Shown here piece after piece: positions 23,125-37,084 of a stretch of 64,000 bases of DNA. The stretch comes from Octopus sinensis (taxonomy: Eukaryota). The first letter of the stretch is position 1. Each line of letters opens with the position of its first letter. The position numbers and the translations under genes are program-made. Location: positions 164,300,001 through 164,364,000 of the forward strand of contig NC_042999.1 of NCBI RefSeq assembly GCF_006345805.1, in the 5' to 3' direction. The notes beneath the pieces were generated by a model. The model saw only the letters and a list, made by a program, of their open reading frames with translations. It had not been told where the DNA came from and made no database searches.

Positions 23125-24166
23125 TAATACATTGGATACCGCAATTGAAAAGAAAGGAAAGTGAGTTTGAGACTAAGATAAAGAGAGCGATAGTGAAATA
23201 GATGAAGGCAAAGATGTACCAGAAAATGCCTTTGAGTGATATTGGGGTAGTGAAAATAGGTGAGATGATGGAGTGGGTGAGTAGGCAGGATTGAGGTGGC
23301 TGTAGCAAATGATGAAGAGAAATATAGAAGTTTGCTGGGGTGGGAGGTAACAAGTGTTGTGGCAAATATATGAGGGCACATATGGTGGGCTTCAACACAG
23401 TTTCCATCTACCAAATTACAATGCATTGATTGGACTAGGGTTATAGTAGAAGACATTTTTGCCCAAGATGCCACACAGTGGAATTGAACTTGAAACCATT
23501 TGGCTGCAAAGTGAGCTTTTTAACCACACTACCATTAATGGTGAACTATATACAACACTGTGGTACCTGCTCACAACCAAATGCATTGGGCTGGTGAGAG
23601 TTAACTTTCTTTGGCCATGGTTCCAATATCAGATTAATTGATTATAATATAAATATCTCCAGTCTGTGGTGTATTCCATAAGTATCTGTGATTAAAACAC
23701 ACTTACTGAAATATTTTATAAAAATACTATGTAGCTTCTTATATGATTGTATTATATATGTGTGTGTGTGTGTATACATACACACACACACACACACATA
23801 AACACTAGCCAATTTATTGATATTACAAAGACATCATATTTAAATAAAAGAAGGATATATACATATATATCTTCAACTACATAATCTATGTCTGTGTGTG
23901 CGTGTTTCTTTGTTCACATGTCTGAATATGTATGTATATAATGTATATAATGCAAAGTCTCACCTGTGTGAACTGATTAACCCTCCTTTTCTATTTATAA
24001 CACTTTATAAAGTTAAAACTGGAATTATAAACATGTGTGCACACATAATATATTCCTATGAATGTTATCAGATGTTCTTACGGTGATCTTGCCAGAACAC
24101 AGCTTTGGACTAATTAAAGAACTAAATGAACACATGGGCATACTCTAATGGTAATGCGTGTGTGCT

Positions 24167-24198
<32 letters not shown>

Positions 24199-24351
24199 CT
24201 ATTCTTTTATTTGCTTCAGTCATTAGCAGTTATATATATATATATATATAACATAATTATCAACAGGGCAAATTTTAGCTAAGATGAAAAATGATGAACA
24301 ACCTTAACCGATTTTCGAACCTTATTGGGTTGATATGTATACATGTGTGTT

Positions 24352-24395
<44 letters not shown>

Positions 24396-25074
24396 AGGAA
24401 AGAGGTATTAAGAAATTTACTGGTATGATATGTCTACTGAAAACAAGATGCAAAACAGAAATTCTACAAAAGAATGGGGAAAGAAAATTAAATATAACTT
24501 GAAACATTTAGGTTGTCATGTAACAAAAAAAAAAAAAAAAAAGGATTTTGTCTAAGATTATAATTTCATCTTTAGAGATGAAAATTTTATCAATATTTAC
24601 ATCTTGAATGATTTGATCTCTGTTATCAGCTGAGATTGTTGATTTGGTTGGTATTCAGTTTGAAGATCTGTAGTGTTTAATGTCTTTAGGAATAGGATTT
24701 TCTTGAAGGGAACTTTTAGAGAGTTGCAGCTGTGGTAAGTAAAGAAGGATTGGGGGAAAGCATTTACAGTGGGAGGTAAGATACAATAAGTATGATACTG
24801 AGGAGAGGTTGGTGTGAAGGTGGTTGGAGGTGCAGGCAGGTAAATCAGTAAAACAAAAGAAATTATAGTAGTAGTGGTAGTAGTAGTAGTAGAGCACACA
24901 GAGAGACAAAGCATTTCTTTGGGCTGGTGGTTGCAGTGTGTTGATAGAGGAGTGTTTGAGTGATACTTGTGTCTTGGTGAGTGAGTGGATGTTTTGTGTG
25001 ATGCTAAGAGAGATTTTTTTTAGTGCTATGGTCAACTAAATTGATTCCCTATCCCCAATTATATCAATCAATAT

Positions 25075-25270
25075 ATTATTGGTTTCAAATTTTGGTACAA
25101 GGCCAGCAAGTTTGGAGAAGTGGGCAGGTTGATTACATCAACCCCAGTGCTTCACTGAAAGAATGAAAGGTGAAGTTGACCTCAGTAGTAGTTGAACTCA
25201 GAACAAGACAAACGAAGTGCTGCTAAGCATTTTTCCCAGTGCCCTAATGATTTTGCCAGCTTGTTGCCTT
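25075..25270 (-). mobile_element. SINE-B, tail type 3, old and CpG-decayed
   Basis: gaaaggtgaagttgacctcagtagtagttgaactcagaac is the reverse complement of the decayed core. Confidence 0.7.
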
Positions 25271-25305
25271 ACAATCAATATATTGATGATACTTATACTA
25301 TCAGT

Positions 25306-25485
25306 GGAGGAACATGGCCTAGTGGTTAGAGTAGCAGACTCGCGGTCGAAGGATCGCAGGTTCGAATCTCAGACCAGGTGATGTGTGTGTTTATGAGTGA
25401 AACACCTAAGCTCCACGTGGATCAAGCAGAAGGTAATAGCGAAATTCTGCTGACTCTTTCGCCACATCTTTCTCTCACTCTTTCC
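25306..25485 (+). mobile_element. SINE-E with tRNA-like head
   Basis: A-box TGGCCTAGTGG and B-box GGTTCGAATCT, followed by a non-tRNA body; acceptor stem does not pair. Confidence 0.75.
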
Positions 25486-25924
25486 AGAAGTATATGAGTC
25501 AGATTTGGCTGATATTTCTAGCATGATGAATGATCATGGTTAAGCTCTCTTTATGGATTGTAGTGTATTAGTTTAGTTATTTAGATGGCCAAAAGAAAGC
25601 CAGTAAAAACATGGTGGCACAAAAATACACAAAGAAAAGAGAATTGCACGTCATGTTGTTTGTTGTAGTTCTTGAAATAAATGTGAGAGAAAGCTTCTGT
25701 TCGTGGTTTAGGTAGCATGAAACATTGTGTAGGTCAAAAAAGCAAAGATGAACTTTTATTAGAGAGATAAATAGATGAAGATAGTAGTGAATACATCATA
25801 TTAACATGTAAACAGTGCATGTCAATTAGATGGGATAAATGAGAAAGAAATACTTAGATATACAAAGGTGTGTGTGTGTGCGCAGATGCATGTTTATATC
25901 TACCTGTGTGTATATATATATATA

Positions 25925-26108
25925 GGGAGAATTCACAAAAAAACAAAAGACGAAGACAGGTAGTGTAGACAACAAACAGGTGTATTAGTATAATGCTCGG
26001 GAAGTGAAAAAGTCTTTAACATTTCGAGCCTAAGCTCTTCCACAGAAAGGAACACAGAAAGAAACAAAGAGAGAAAATATAGAATGTGTAGTGGCTAGCA
26101 ATCTATCA
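25925..26108. mobile_element. Penelope-like pLTR-type fragment in (TA)n with a degenerate hammerhead-like motif
   Basis: Minus strand 26045-26018 reads CTGTGGA-A-GAGC-TTAG-GCTC-GAAA-TGTT; flanked by (TA)n on both sides. Confidence 0.45.
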
Positions 26109-26118
26109 TATATATATA

Positions 26119-26492
26119 TATATATAACTTATAAAATGAGGGCAAAAGAAAAATTCTAATGCCAAATATGCCGAAAAAAAGACAAAATTGTCAATAACCA
26201 TTATAATTTATGCGTCTCGAAACATGCCAATAGAAATTTCTAAAAAATTCCGTTATTACCGTATTGGTCCCAATTTCGGGGTTAATTCATAAGAATTCAG
26301 CTGACGAGGGGAAAATTCTTATGAATTAACCCTGAAATTGGGACTAATACGGTAATAACGGAATGTTTTAGAAATTTCTATTGGCATGTTTCGAGACGCA
26401 TAAATTATAATGGTTATTGACAATTTTGTCTTTTTTTCGGCATATTTGGCATTAGAATTTTTCTTTTGCCCTCATTTTATAAGTTATATATA
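26119..26492. repeat. Foldback (179-bp arms, 3 mismatches, 16-nt loop) with hammerhead-like core; probable Penelope-like inverted pLTR
   Basis: 26119-26297 is the reverse complement of 26314-26492; loop is cagctgacgaggggaa. Confidence 0.9.
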
Positions 26493-26584
26493 AATTTAAC
26501 CTTTAAAGGTATTTTTTGATATGCTGGCCATTGATAGAATTTTTTGTTTTCAAAAAAATTTTTATCCTACATTAGTTATTAGTT

Positions 26585-26625
<41 letters not shown>

Positions 26626-26717
26626 TACCCATAAACACTCATGCATGCACACTCAGAAGATAGTTCTAAAACATGTAACATCATTGAATTCACAGAGCTG
26701 CATGATATACATATATA

Positions 26718-26899
26718 TAGTAATCCCTCAACTATTGTGGGTGTTACGTTGCAAAATCTCCCATGATAGGTGAAAATCTGTGAAGTAGAAACAATGCTGT
26801 ATTTTTTTTATTATTTGTATATATTTATTTTATTATAAATGCAAGACACCATCATGGGAGAATTGGTGTAAGTGTAAATAATATGGCGAGGGATTACTG
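26718..26899. mobile_element. Tigger/pogo-like (Tc1-mariner) MITE
   Basis: TIRs tagtaatccctca / cgagggattactg, with TA on both sides. Confidence 0.7.
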
Positions 26900-28991
26900 T
26901 ATATGTATGTATGTATACACACACACACTCACACACACACACACACATGCACAGAAATCAAGTTGTATATCTATTTTTTTTGTTTTTGTTTAAATTTGTA
27001 TACATTTGTACATATTTGTGCAGACACTGCATAACTGCCTTCAAGGTGATGGGAAGGGAATTTATATAAAAATGTGGTAAGCATTGCAGAAATGATGGTC
27101 AAAACACTTGTCTATGCTTTTAGATTTATTTAATCATGTTTATGTTTCTCATTGACATGCCTAATGTAAACTGATGTTAAAAGATGATATTGCACTTAAC
27201 TACAGACATGGAAAATATACACGAGTTGCATATTTTCATGCCTATACACATGCTTTGTATGAGTTTTATTATTTTGTAACTGGGTGGTTTACAGGCATTG
27301 ATTAAAATTTGTTATGTGTATATAGAAAAATATAAATTACAGGTTGCCATTCTAAGAGAGAACGGTAATTGTAATTATGCTACTTGGATTAATAACTCAA
27401 CTCAATTTACCATCCAACCAGTCAGAATCTGCTGAAATTCTTTTGGCTATTCTCATTTTGGGAAACAAATTCTGCAGCAGCTGAAATCAGATATACTTTG
27501 TCTGTGATGTTCTTTAGAATATGAAAATATAGCCAAAGAATTTAATCTTATCATTTTTGATTGAAGACATGTCTTTTATCATAGGTTTGGTCATAGTAAA
27601 GGAAGCCAAAAGCAGTGACCCAAATTGAATGAAGATAATGTTTCTAGTTGCCAAATTAAAATTCATTGGTTGGTTTGTGTGAATAATAAAAACAAAACCT
27701 GAGTTGGTTTTATTGATTTAGAGTGAAGCCAAAACTACACAGGACCATATTTTCTAATGTATCTTTTTAAAATTTAAGATGGTGGGGTGTGATTTGAGGG
27801 AAACTTGGATGATATATCTTGCTGGTCAAGCAATCATGCAGACCATGTTAGCTTGTTTAGCCCAAGATAAGCTCTGGTTGATCAGACCTCTGAGGTATGG
27901 TGTTCCAGTCATAACCATACCATCTTTCTGTAAATCAAGATCTACATTGTTTGAGATATCTATTTCTTGCTTTATTGATTGAGCCAAAACTACTGATGGT
28001 AAGGTGTGACCCGAGGCCTGCTCATTGCAGCATGTCAAGTGACTATGTTGTACTCCCTTGTTGAACACTGAGATTAGCTAACATGCATAAAAATCACTTT
28101 TGCCGGAGAAATATATATGTGATATAGATTTTTCTGTCGGCTGCAATAAAACAAGTATCTCGTCATAGATACTCTTGGCTGCCAGAAAAAAAACCTCAAA
28201 GAACTCTTTTATGTTTTCTATTTCATTCCTTTAGAGAAATGGTTTGGATTGAGGAACATTATGAGGTAGGAGTTACTTAAAGAGGATACCATAGAGAGTA
28301 AGAAGGCTGATTGTTAGTGTTTCAGTTACATACATAGACATACTTACATAAACCCTTTTATTATAAGGACTACTATACTTCTTAAATCATAAACAGTAAT
28401 GTATCTTAGCTGAATCACTTGAATTTCTTCTCAAACTTGCATTTGTAGCCATATGATGGAATGTCAATTAATAGTAATGTGTAATTTTCTATTAAATTAT
28501 AATATTTACAAATCTCATACTTTAAAACAGTGTTAACATTATTAGTTTTTGATGAAGAAAATTAGCCAAAGCCAGTATTGACTTCAAGGCCAATTTGAAG
28601 ACTAAAAATCATCATTGACTTAATTACATAGCAGTAATCAAATGTCACCAACACTATATGTCAGGTGCAAAATTATACATTTGACATAATAATTTTTCAA
28701 AATTGTAACCATAAGCTGTACAATTTGGCATTTGGTATATTATGCAGTTATTATAAATTTACTGCATAAGCAATTTCAAATCACGGAAACATATTTTCCA
28801 TTTATAAAATTTAATCAAGTAGGAAAGGTTAATAAATAGCAATTTCCATCAGAAATAAAAATTAATACATACAAAAAACATTACCTGCTTACCTTACACT
28901 AGAATTCATAGAGTGTGCAATAATATTATACTCCTCCCAATATTCATCTACTGTAGCAGGTGCTTGATATTTGAAAATTCTAATTGCAATT

Positions 28992-29390
28992 GTGGCTGTG
29001 TGGTAAGAAGTTTGCTTCCTAACTACCAGATTCCATGTTCAGTCCCAGTGTGTGGCACCTTGGGCAAGTGTCTTCAGCTTTAGCCTTGGGCTGATCAAAG
29101 CCTTGTCAGTGGATTTGGTAGATGGAAGCTGAAAGAAGCTCATTGAATATATATTAACACACACACACACACATGCATACACCATTTGATAACTGGTGTC
29201 CCCCACCACCATTTGATAACTGGTTTTGGTGTTTACATCCCTGTCACTTAGCAGTTTGACAAGAGAGACCAATAAAATAAGTACCAGGCTTTACAAAAAA
29301 AAGTGAGTACTGGGGTTGATAAGTTAGACTAAAATTCTTCAAGGTAGTGCCCCAGCATGACCACAGTCTGATAACTGAAACAAGTAAATG
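28992..29390 (+). mobile_element. SINE-A, CpG-decayed
   Basis: gtggctgtgtggtaagaagtttgcttcc...ctgaaacaag; contains a 17-bp internal duplication caccatttgataactgg. Confidence 0.85.
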
Positions 29391-29839
29391 ATAAAAGATT
29401 ATTCATCATCCAATTCATTTTACCTGTAGGCTGTTGGTCACCATTGCTCAACTAGTATCACTCTCTAATCCATGCAATATACTAAGCCTAGTCACCTGGC
29501 AAACTATTTTTATGCCACACTTGAGTATTATTACAGAATGTGAGGAGGCTATAGCCCTTTGCTCCACCGACAGTTTCACAGTTCCTGCTGTATTTGTATA
29601 TTTTGGGAACAAATATGGTAAGATATCCATTAGTAATTAAATTCAATAATTCATTTTTAAAAAAGCGCTGATTTTTTTTTCTCTAAACCGATTAGTGTTC
29701 AATGTTTTACATGTACTTAGATTCCCTTATCACTACTTGGGCAAGTTTAGTGAAAGTTATGATTTACTCAGGAAATTTAAAGAAATACCATAGCTCTTTT
29801 TTTGGGTGGGGAGTTATCTTGTGTACTTGGCCTAAATTA

Positions 29840-30034
29840 TTGGTTTCAAATTTTGGCACAGGGCCAGAAATGTTTAGTGATCCCAGTGTTCAAATGGTAC
29901 TTATTTTATTGACCCTGCAAGGATGAAAGGCAAAGTTGACCTCAGTGGAATTTGAACTCAGAACGTAAAGACAGATGAAATATCGCTAAGCATTTTGCCT
30001 GACATGCTAATGGTTCTGATAGCTTGCCACCTTA
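29840..30034 (-). mobile_element. SINE-B, tail type 3, CpG-decayed
   Basis: gatgaaaggcaaagttgacctcagtggaatttgaactcagaacg. Confidence 0.85.
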
Positions 30035-30038
30035 CTTG

Positions 30039-30504
30039 GAGTGCTGGATTAACCCATTAAGCAAAATAAACATGTGCTTAAAGCATCAAGGGAAGGAGGG
30101 GGCACCACAGAAACGAAAATAGTTTACGGCACAAAAGAAATCACTTTAAACTTGCTAAAATAATATTCTTATGCTTTATCTCTACGAAGTATAGAAGCAG
30201 AAGTTTTATGTAAAATTAATTTTAACGATATCATTGAACGCCTTGAAACTGAAAAAAAAAAAGAAAAGATTTTCAAATATATATAAAATGGAAGCATACA
30301 AAGATAAACATTATTTTCCATCTTATTGTGAATTTTGTTTCATTTTGGAAAATAAAAATTTATTGTATGGTTTATTATTGTTTACATTCTGAATTATTTT
30401 TGTTTACATTTTGAACCATTGAGTGTTTTGAACCATTTACATATACTTGAGGGCACAAAACCTTTTAAGTGCTCAGGGCCTCTATGGGTCTTAATTCAGC
30501 TCTG
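30039..30504. mobile_element. hAT-type MITE
   Basis: Imperfect 15-bp TIRs gagtgctggattaac / cttaattcagctctg; perfect 8-bp TSD cttacttg (30031-30038, 30505-30512). Confidence 0.8.
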
Positions 30505-30719
30505 CTTACTTGCCTAAATTATTAAAGCAATATTAATTATTGAACGAATGAGGTTTTCCTCACTGCATAATTATTTTTAATTAATTTTTTTAGACACTCA
30601 CCTCGTTAACTACTGTTTCCCATGTAGATGGTGAGTGAGTAATTCATCTCAATAAATAATTCTTTATTATATATTATTGGTGTGTACTATGTTCGAATAC
30701 TTGTGGCTTATTGTATGCC

Positions 30720-31017
30720 AAGGCACATTGCTCAGTGGTTAGTATCAAGCTTATTATCATGTGGTTGTCAGTTCAATTTTTGAATGTGTTGTGTTCTTGA
30801 GCAAGACACACTATTTCTTGTTGCTCCAGTTCACTCAGCTGTTGAAATGAGTTGCAATATCGCTGGTGCCAAGCTGTATTGGCTTTTGTCATTCCCTTGG
30901 ATAACATTGACGGTGTGGAGAGGGGAGACTAGCATGTATGAGTGACTACTTCCACAAATAACCTTGTCCAGACTTAAGCCTCATTAGGGAACTTTTTAGG
31001 TGCGATCCTATGGTCAT
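30720..31017 (+). mobile_element. SINE-D (tRNA-derived, decayed); second fragment at about 42820-42960 on the minus strand
   Basis: A-box-like tgctcagtgg and B-box-like agttcaatt, then gtgttgtgttcttgagcaagacac..ttgctccagttcactcagctg. Confidence 0.65.
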
Positions 31018-31961
31018 TCATGACTGAAGGAAGCCTTAAATGTATATAGTAGTACTTGATGCTTTGAGTGATGCTAGGGGTGGGTAGTGTTCTAGTGTGA
31101 TCTTGTAGTATTCTAATGTGTTGTAGTGGTGTCCAGGTTGTTGTTGTTGCTTGACCTCAGGTTAGCCCTGATTAAGCTATGCTCAAAAGCATTCCAACCG
31201 TGACCATCTTGTCTTTTTATATGTACCTCAGACTACATTAATTCCTTGAAATTTTAAGGTGTGTGTTTAGAGATATCAGTCTGCTATTTTTAGTGACATG
31301 ATTCTGATGTTGAAGTATTTTGTAGAGGTGTTGTGAAGTATTTTTGATGTGTCCAGGTCTGTGGTTCTATATCTTCTATAGTTCGGTGTACTCTTTTCAC
31401 AGAATTATGTCCAACAGCTTATTTTAATCAAACAAATAATTTTGCAGTGTCTTATTATCTGTATTTTCTCGCAGTCTCCCATCCAGAATGTTCTTCTTTT
31501 TGGTTATTTGTGTGGGCAAGTTTCTCCTGTGTTAAATCTTTTTAAAACTTAAAAAAAAGAAATTACAAAACATTGTGTTTGTTGATAACACAATGTCCTT
31601 CCTCTTCGTATTTTGATGTAAACAAAGATGTTTGTGCATGATTGGACTTACAAGAATTATGGCTTTGTGAATTATTTGTACAAGTGTGTAGATGCAGGTT
31701 TGCTTCCCAAACACATGGTTCTTGGTTCAGTCCTACTGAGTGGCACCTTGGGCAAATGCCTTCTACTCTATTTATATTAAGAAAAAGGAGGTAGTCAGGA
31801 ATTTGGATTAATATTAACACTCTCATCTTTTTTGAAAGATTCATCACGAATGATATATGCTCAGAGAAAATTCCTATCTTTTATAGTTAGTTGAAAAAAA
31901 TCTGGTGTTGAATTAGGAGGAGGATATTCTTTGATATTTTGCATCCTCTGGTGTGTGTGTA

Positions 31962-31995
<34 letters not shown>

Positions 31996-32979
31996 ATGTG
32001 TGTGCATCTAAATATGTGTGGTGAATTTTTGAAGGATTGGTTTGAGAGGGAAAAAAGAAAGACAGGAAGAAAGAAAGAAGTCTTTCTCTGGGATGCTTGA
32101 AATTGACGTCAGGTCAAATGTCAATTTTCTTTTAGTCATTGTATTTTTGGTCTGTTGTCATGTAATCAGCTGTAGAAAATAGAATCCACCAAATTGTTTT
32201 GGAAGGCTTTTAAATGTGTATGTGCGTGAGAGTGTGTGTGTTGTGTGTTGGTTGCTTAAGTGAATTTTATAGTTATTTTAGTAACTAATGAGAACATTAT
32301 TAATAATAATATCCAATGGTAATTGGATTGGATTCATCTGGTAGATAAATTTTTTTCTAATTAGGATTTCTCATGTGTTTATGAATAATTGCATTACCTT
32401 CTAATACTTTGGGTCATCCCTTGTGTATTTGTTGAAGGGAAAAATCTTGAATCCCACTGTTCTATGTGAATAATGTCTGGATGTTCTGGTACCATGGGTT
32501 GTTTTGATTGACAAAACTGGGATGTAAACAACAGCCACTTTGATTAGCTGTTTTGACTCCTGCTCAAACTTCAATAACCACTAAACAATCATACACACTA
32601 CATACTGACACACACTTATTTCCATTTTATTTTTGCTATTAACTGTCCTCATGACCCCTTTTGTGTCTATGATGGGGTCATGAACTATACAATGAAAATC
32701 CAGAGTTACTTGTGGTCTGTGAATTTTTAATAACGATGTGAAGGTGGTCTATCACTTCAAAAATCAATATACATGAAATAATCATACTCTCTGATTTTTT
32801 AATGCTAAAAACTTTCCTGACGACTGTCTTTGTAATCCTGAAAAATATCTTAACACTGGTCCAGCTGTCTGGCCATGAAGGGGGAACAGACAAAGAGACA
32901 GACGGACATAAGACCCATTAAAGTAAGATGTGCTTTTGTGTTTTGAGTTTCTCATCTTTGTGCTTGATTGAGGTTTTCT

Positions 32980-32990
32980 TCTCTCTCACC

Positions 32991-33064
<74 letters not shown>

Positions 33065-33066
33065 CT
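32980..33066. repeat. (CT)n microsatellite
   Basis: Direct reading of the sequence. Confidence 0.95.
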
Positions 33067-33993
33067 TTCAGTGTTTTGACAAGGGTTCTGTCAGCACAGA
33101 TTTCAACATTGTATATTTTAGAGATGGAATTTTTGGCTTAAATATTTCTTATTGTTATTGTTGTAGCTATGGTGGTGGTATGCTTGTAATTTGGGCAATA
33201 ACATTGGTAATGATTAGTATAACGACCTTCTACAAACACACACACAATATTTTTTTTTATCTCCTATATCTACCACCGCCTACACCCATCTATCTGTTCT
33301 TATTTGGCAAATAGCAGCCGTGGCTTATCCTCCTGCCTGTCCCTGCTAGAATATTCTGTAATGGTCCACCACTATTACTGTGTACCATCAGCAATTCTAC
33401 TGCCACAACCACCCAGTACCCCAACCACCCACTGCCAGTATCCTTCCCCAACAACAGTGTCTTTACCACCAACGCTAGTATTATCTTCAGACACCAGTAG
33501 TATCTCCTGTCATCACTATATTCTTCACCAACACAACTACCACTAGTACTTATCTTTCCTATCAACTGTGTTCTGCTCTTTTAACATTCTAATCATATTA
33601 ATTAAGACAGAAATAACAGGACATGTAATGAAACTGGGAGACAAATGAATGACTTGTTGGTTATGCTTGTGGGTACCTCTTTGAGGGGTAAAAAAGGGGA
33701 TGATCTGGGTCCCCAACTGGCACTTTGCTTATCTCTTTTCTCTTCAGTCTTTGTGTTCTATTTGACATTTTCCCATTTGTGTGTGTTTGTGTATGTCTGG
33801 GTTTTTTTTCCACCTTCTCAGTTCTACTAATCAATACAGATTTATTGCCTTTAATCTTTGACATCTTCATCAGGTGGTTTCAAAAGGAAGATCATCTCCA
33901 ATATTGTTTTTATTAATTCCAAAGATCTTATTGATATTGTATCCCTATTCTAGGTTTCGGTATCAAAGTATGAACAAACTAGAATTGTATATA

Positions 33994-34355
33994 CAGGGTG
34001 TAACATGTCAATTGGGACCATTTAAATATCTTTAATATAACTCAGAACAATCAAACACTGCAAGTTTTATATTTGTGTCAGTTTATTGTGGTGTGTTTAG
34101 CACATATTTCATTTCAATGTAACCACCATTTGCTTTCTTAACCAGTTCAATCCGTTTACAAAATGATGTGCATGCCTCAACTATTTCTTCCGTTTTCATT
34201 TTACTGAAAGCTCACTTGATAGAAGCTTTCAGTGAAGACACACAGTTGTGAGAAGTTCTGTTGAATATTGCTTCAACTGCACCTCATATCCAAAAATCAC
34301 TTGGGTTCAAATCTTGCAAGCTAGAGGGCCAGATATCTTTAGGGGCAAACACAGG
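33994..34355 (-). mobile_element. Tc1/mariner (maT/DD37D-like) transposon 3' end: transposase C-terminus plus TIR
   Basis: Minus strand gives KDIWPSSLQDLNPSDFWI*GAVE...SLKASIK*AF...ACTSFCKRIELVKKANGGYIE; terminus TA|CAGGGTG at 33992-34000. Confidence 0.85.
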
Positions 34356-35139
34356 CAATATATATATATATATATAACCTCCCCCACCCATAGAAGAACC
34401 TTTTTCCTGGTTTCTAATTCCTTGCCTTCTACCTCTCTCTTATTTTCATTTTATTTTACACACTCTCTATTTCTCTTTCTCACTCTTCATATGCTTCTGT
34501 TTTTCTTTTTTCCCTTTTTTTTTCTGGTGAAAATCTTTATTTTTAATGTTTGTACTGTTGTCTGTCTCTGTCTCTCTCTCTCACTATATATATATATATA
34601 TACCAAGGGAAGATGAAAGAGAGTAAACCAGCTTAACTAATGGCACTCTAAGGCTTTTGTAATACTGTTGTATTACAATAGCATAAGCTTATATATATAA
34701 ATATATATATATATATAAGCAGAAAATAGAGAAAACTTTTGATCAACTAACAAATTGACCAACATCGGTTAATTATTTTTTAATACAAAACATAACATAA
34801 CATTTCTGTTTGTATGGCCAAATGCTTAAGAAGTTTGCTACACAATCATGAGGTCCCCAGTTTGATCCTACGGCATGGCATCCTTTGCAAGTACCAGGAA
34901 ATTTGAGTTGACTGAAACTGTGTGGCTGTCCATTGTATGGATTGTACTTGTAATTCAAAGGCTCAGGCTTGTCAGACCATGTCATGCTGATTCTACCTGA
35001 GTATTATTTTAAGAGCACTTATAGCTGTGAAATACTCAGCCACTCTGCTTGCATGCTAATACAATCAGGAAGTAGTTCAGGTGAACAAATAACTGAAAAT
35101 ACGTAGTTGGAAATTCTGACTGAGATTGATATATTTCAT

Positions 35140-35211
<72 letters not shown>

Positions 35212-35215
35212 GGGG
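35140..35215. repeat. (GT)n(GA)n compound microsatellite
   Basis: Direct reading of the sequence. Confidence 0.95.
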
Positions 35216-37084
35216 GGAATACTATATATGTGATGGTATGAATGAGCTTAAGATATTTTGCAGTTTCTTGTGATTTGATCTCAGAATAAAGTTCAGTCTG
35301 TATATACAAGCTAAATATACAACAGTGTGTAGATTAACGGTTTATCACAGATATTCAACAGAAGTATTTATATAGGCACATGCTGGTTGGTAACAACAAA
35401 AGAGATGATTGCTATGTGAAAGGTGCATGGTATGTGCTTTGATAGAAGATTTTTAGGTGTAAGGGAATTTCCTACTTCACAATTTTTCCCTTTTTTTTTT
35501 TTCTGTTTTAGAGTTGGGTGATCAGAAGTGAAGGATTAAGTCTGTCTTTCTTCTGTGTATGTTTTCATTTAGTTTGTATTGCAGTTGCTGTAAAGTCACA
35601 GATCTGAACTGCTCAGTCATTGTGTTTTGTCTTCGAACGAAATAACTAAACCTAACACTGTTCGTTCCAGTTTTCTTGACTGAACAATAAAACAGGTTAC
35701 ATTCTCTACTTCACAGTTGAGTGGTTTGTGGTAAGAAAGACATTATCTAAGGTAACAACTTTTACTGTGATCAGTTAACCAGTCTACTTATAAAAAATGG
35801 AAAAATGAATGCAAACCAAAATAATAACAAAAAAAAAAAGAAACCTGAGACCGTCTTAAGCTAATCCCCATTAACAGTTCAGTACTTTTATGTGTCCATG
35901 ATTGTTGTCCCTCATACATTGCTTACATAATCATTATCAGAACATTTTGAAATGTTGCTATTTAGCTGTTAGCCAGTTAGCTAAAGAGCATTGCATGTTT
36001 TGATCTGACTTATAAGTTCTTACAATCACTTATAAAGCTATGTTTTGTGTATGTCTGTATTTCTTTATTTCTTTATTTAATTATAGTGCTGTGGTGTTTC
36101 TATCTCTTTATCATTTCTCTTAATGACGTCAGTTCTCTGAAATGTCTATCTTATCTGCCCCTCTCCTTACCCTTCTTATAATTCTGTTTCCTTTTTCTGA
36201 TGTCTGCATTTTGATTTCTTGACTCTGACAGAACTTATCTCCAACATCCACTCTTTTAGATAAATCACATCTTACCATTCTGACTTCAAATAGCTGAGTT
36301 CTTCAATTAAAAACATTTTACTTTTTGCAACAAAGTTTTTATTGCCTTTTCAGCTGTTTAATTTTTATTGTATTTTTTCACAGCACATCTTGAGCACAAT
36401 TCTCGATATATACAGTACTTTTGTGTGTTCCCTGTTACATTAAAAATACTCTTCATAATATATATGTTGTCTCTTGTATGTTACATTTCTTGAATGTTTG
36501 TACAGGAAATATGACATAGTATCTGTAAGTCCTTGTGTTTTTGTCTTCATAACATCCGGCTTTTCCTTGCATACATGAGTCAAGCAGAATTTGTCGTAGT
36601 GCATTTTCTACAACCAGATGCCCTTCTTCTCACTAATCTTCGCCTCTTTCCTTGTAAAGTAATATTTTTTTATGACTAAACATGTCACAGAAGACTGGAA
36701 ATGGACACCACTTGCATGATGGTGACACTTGCTTACAACTCTCACATGATATCATGGCAAGGAGACAGTAACACACACACTCACACACACACACGCACAC
36801 ACACACACACACACACACATGCACATGATGGGCTTCTTTCAGTTTCTGCCTACCAAATCTACTCACAAGGCTTTGCTCAGCCTAGGACTCCAATAGAAGA
36901 CATTTGCCCAAGCCACCATGCAGTTATGCAGCAAACTCCCCGTCACGCAGCCATTCCTCTGCCTACTTTGGTTACGTCTTTTGTTTGCATCCAAATCATT
37001 TGCTTCCAGCACGGATATCATGGATATTTCTATTTTCAATTCCTTATATTTGGATGGTGTCCTCATTTCATTTAGAGACATATC

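Noticed and set aside
25306-25376. tRNA gene candidate
   Set aside because: A and B boxes are present but the acceptor stem does not pair and a SINE body follows; treated as a SINE head.
32660-32915. Possible Helitron/Helentron end (gacagacggac...)
   Set aside because: No clear subterminal hairpin or terminal motif could be confirmed.
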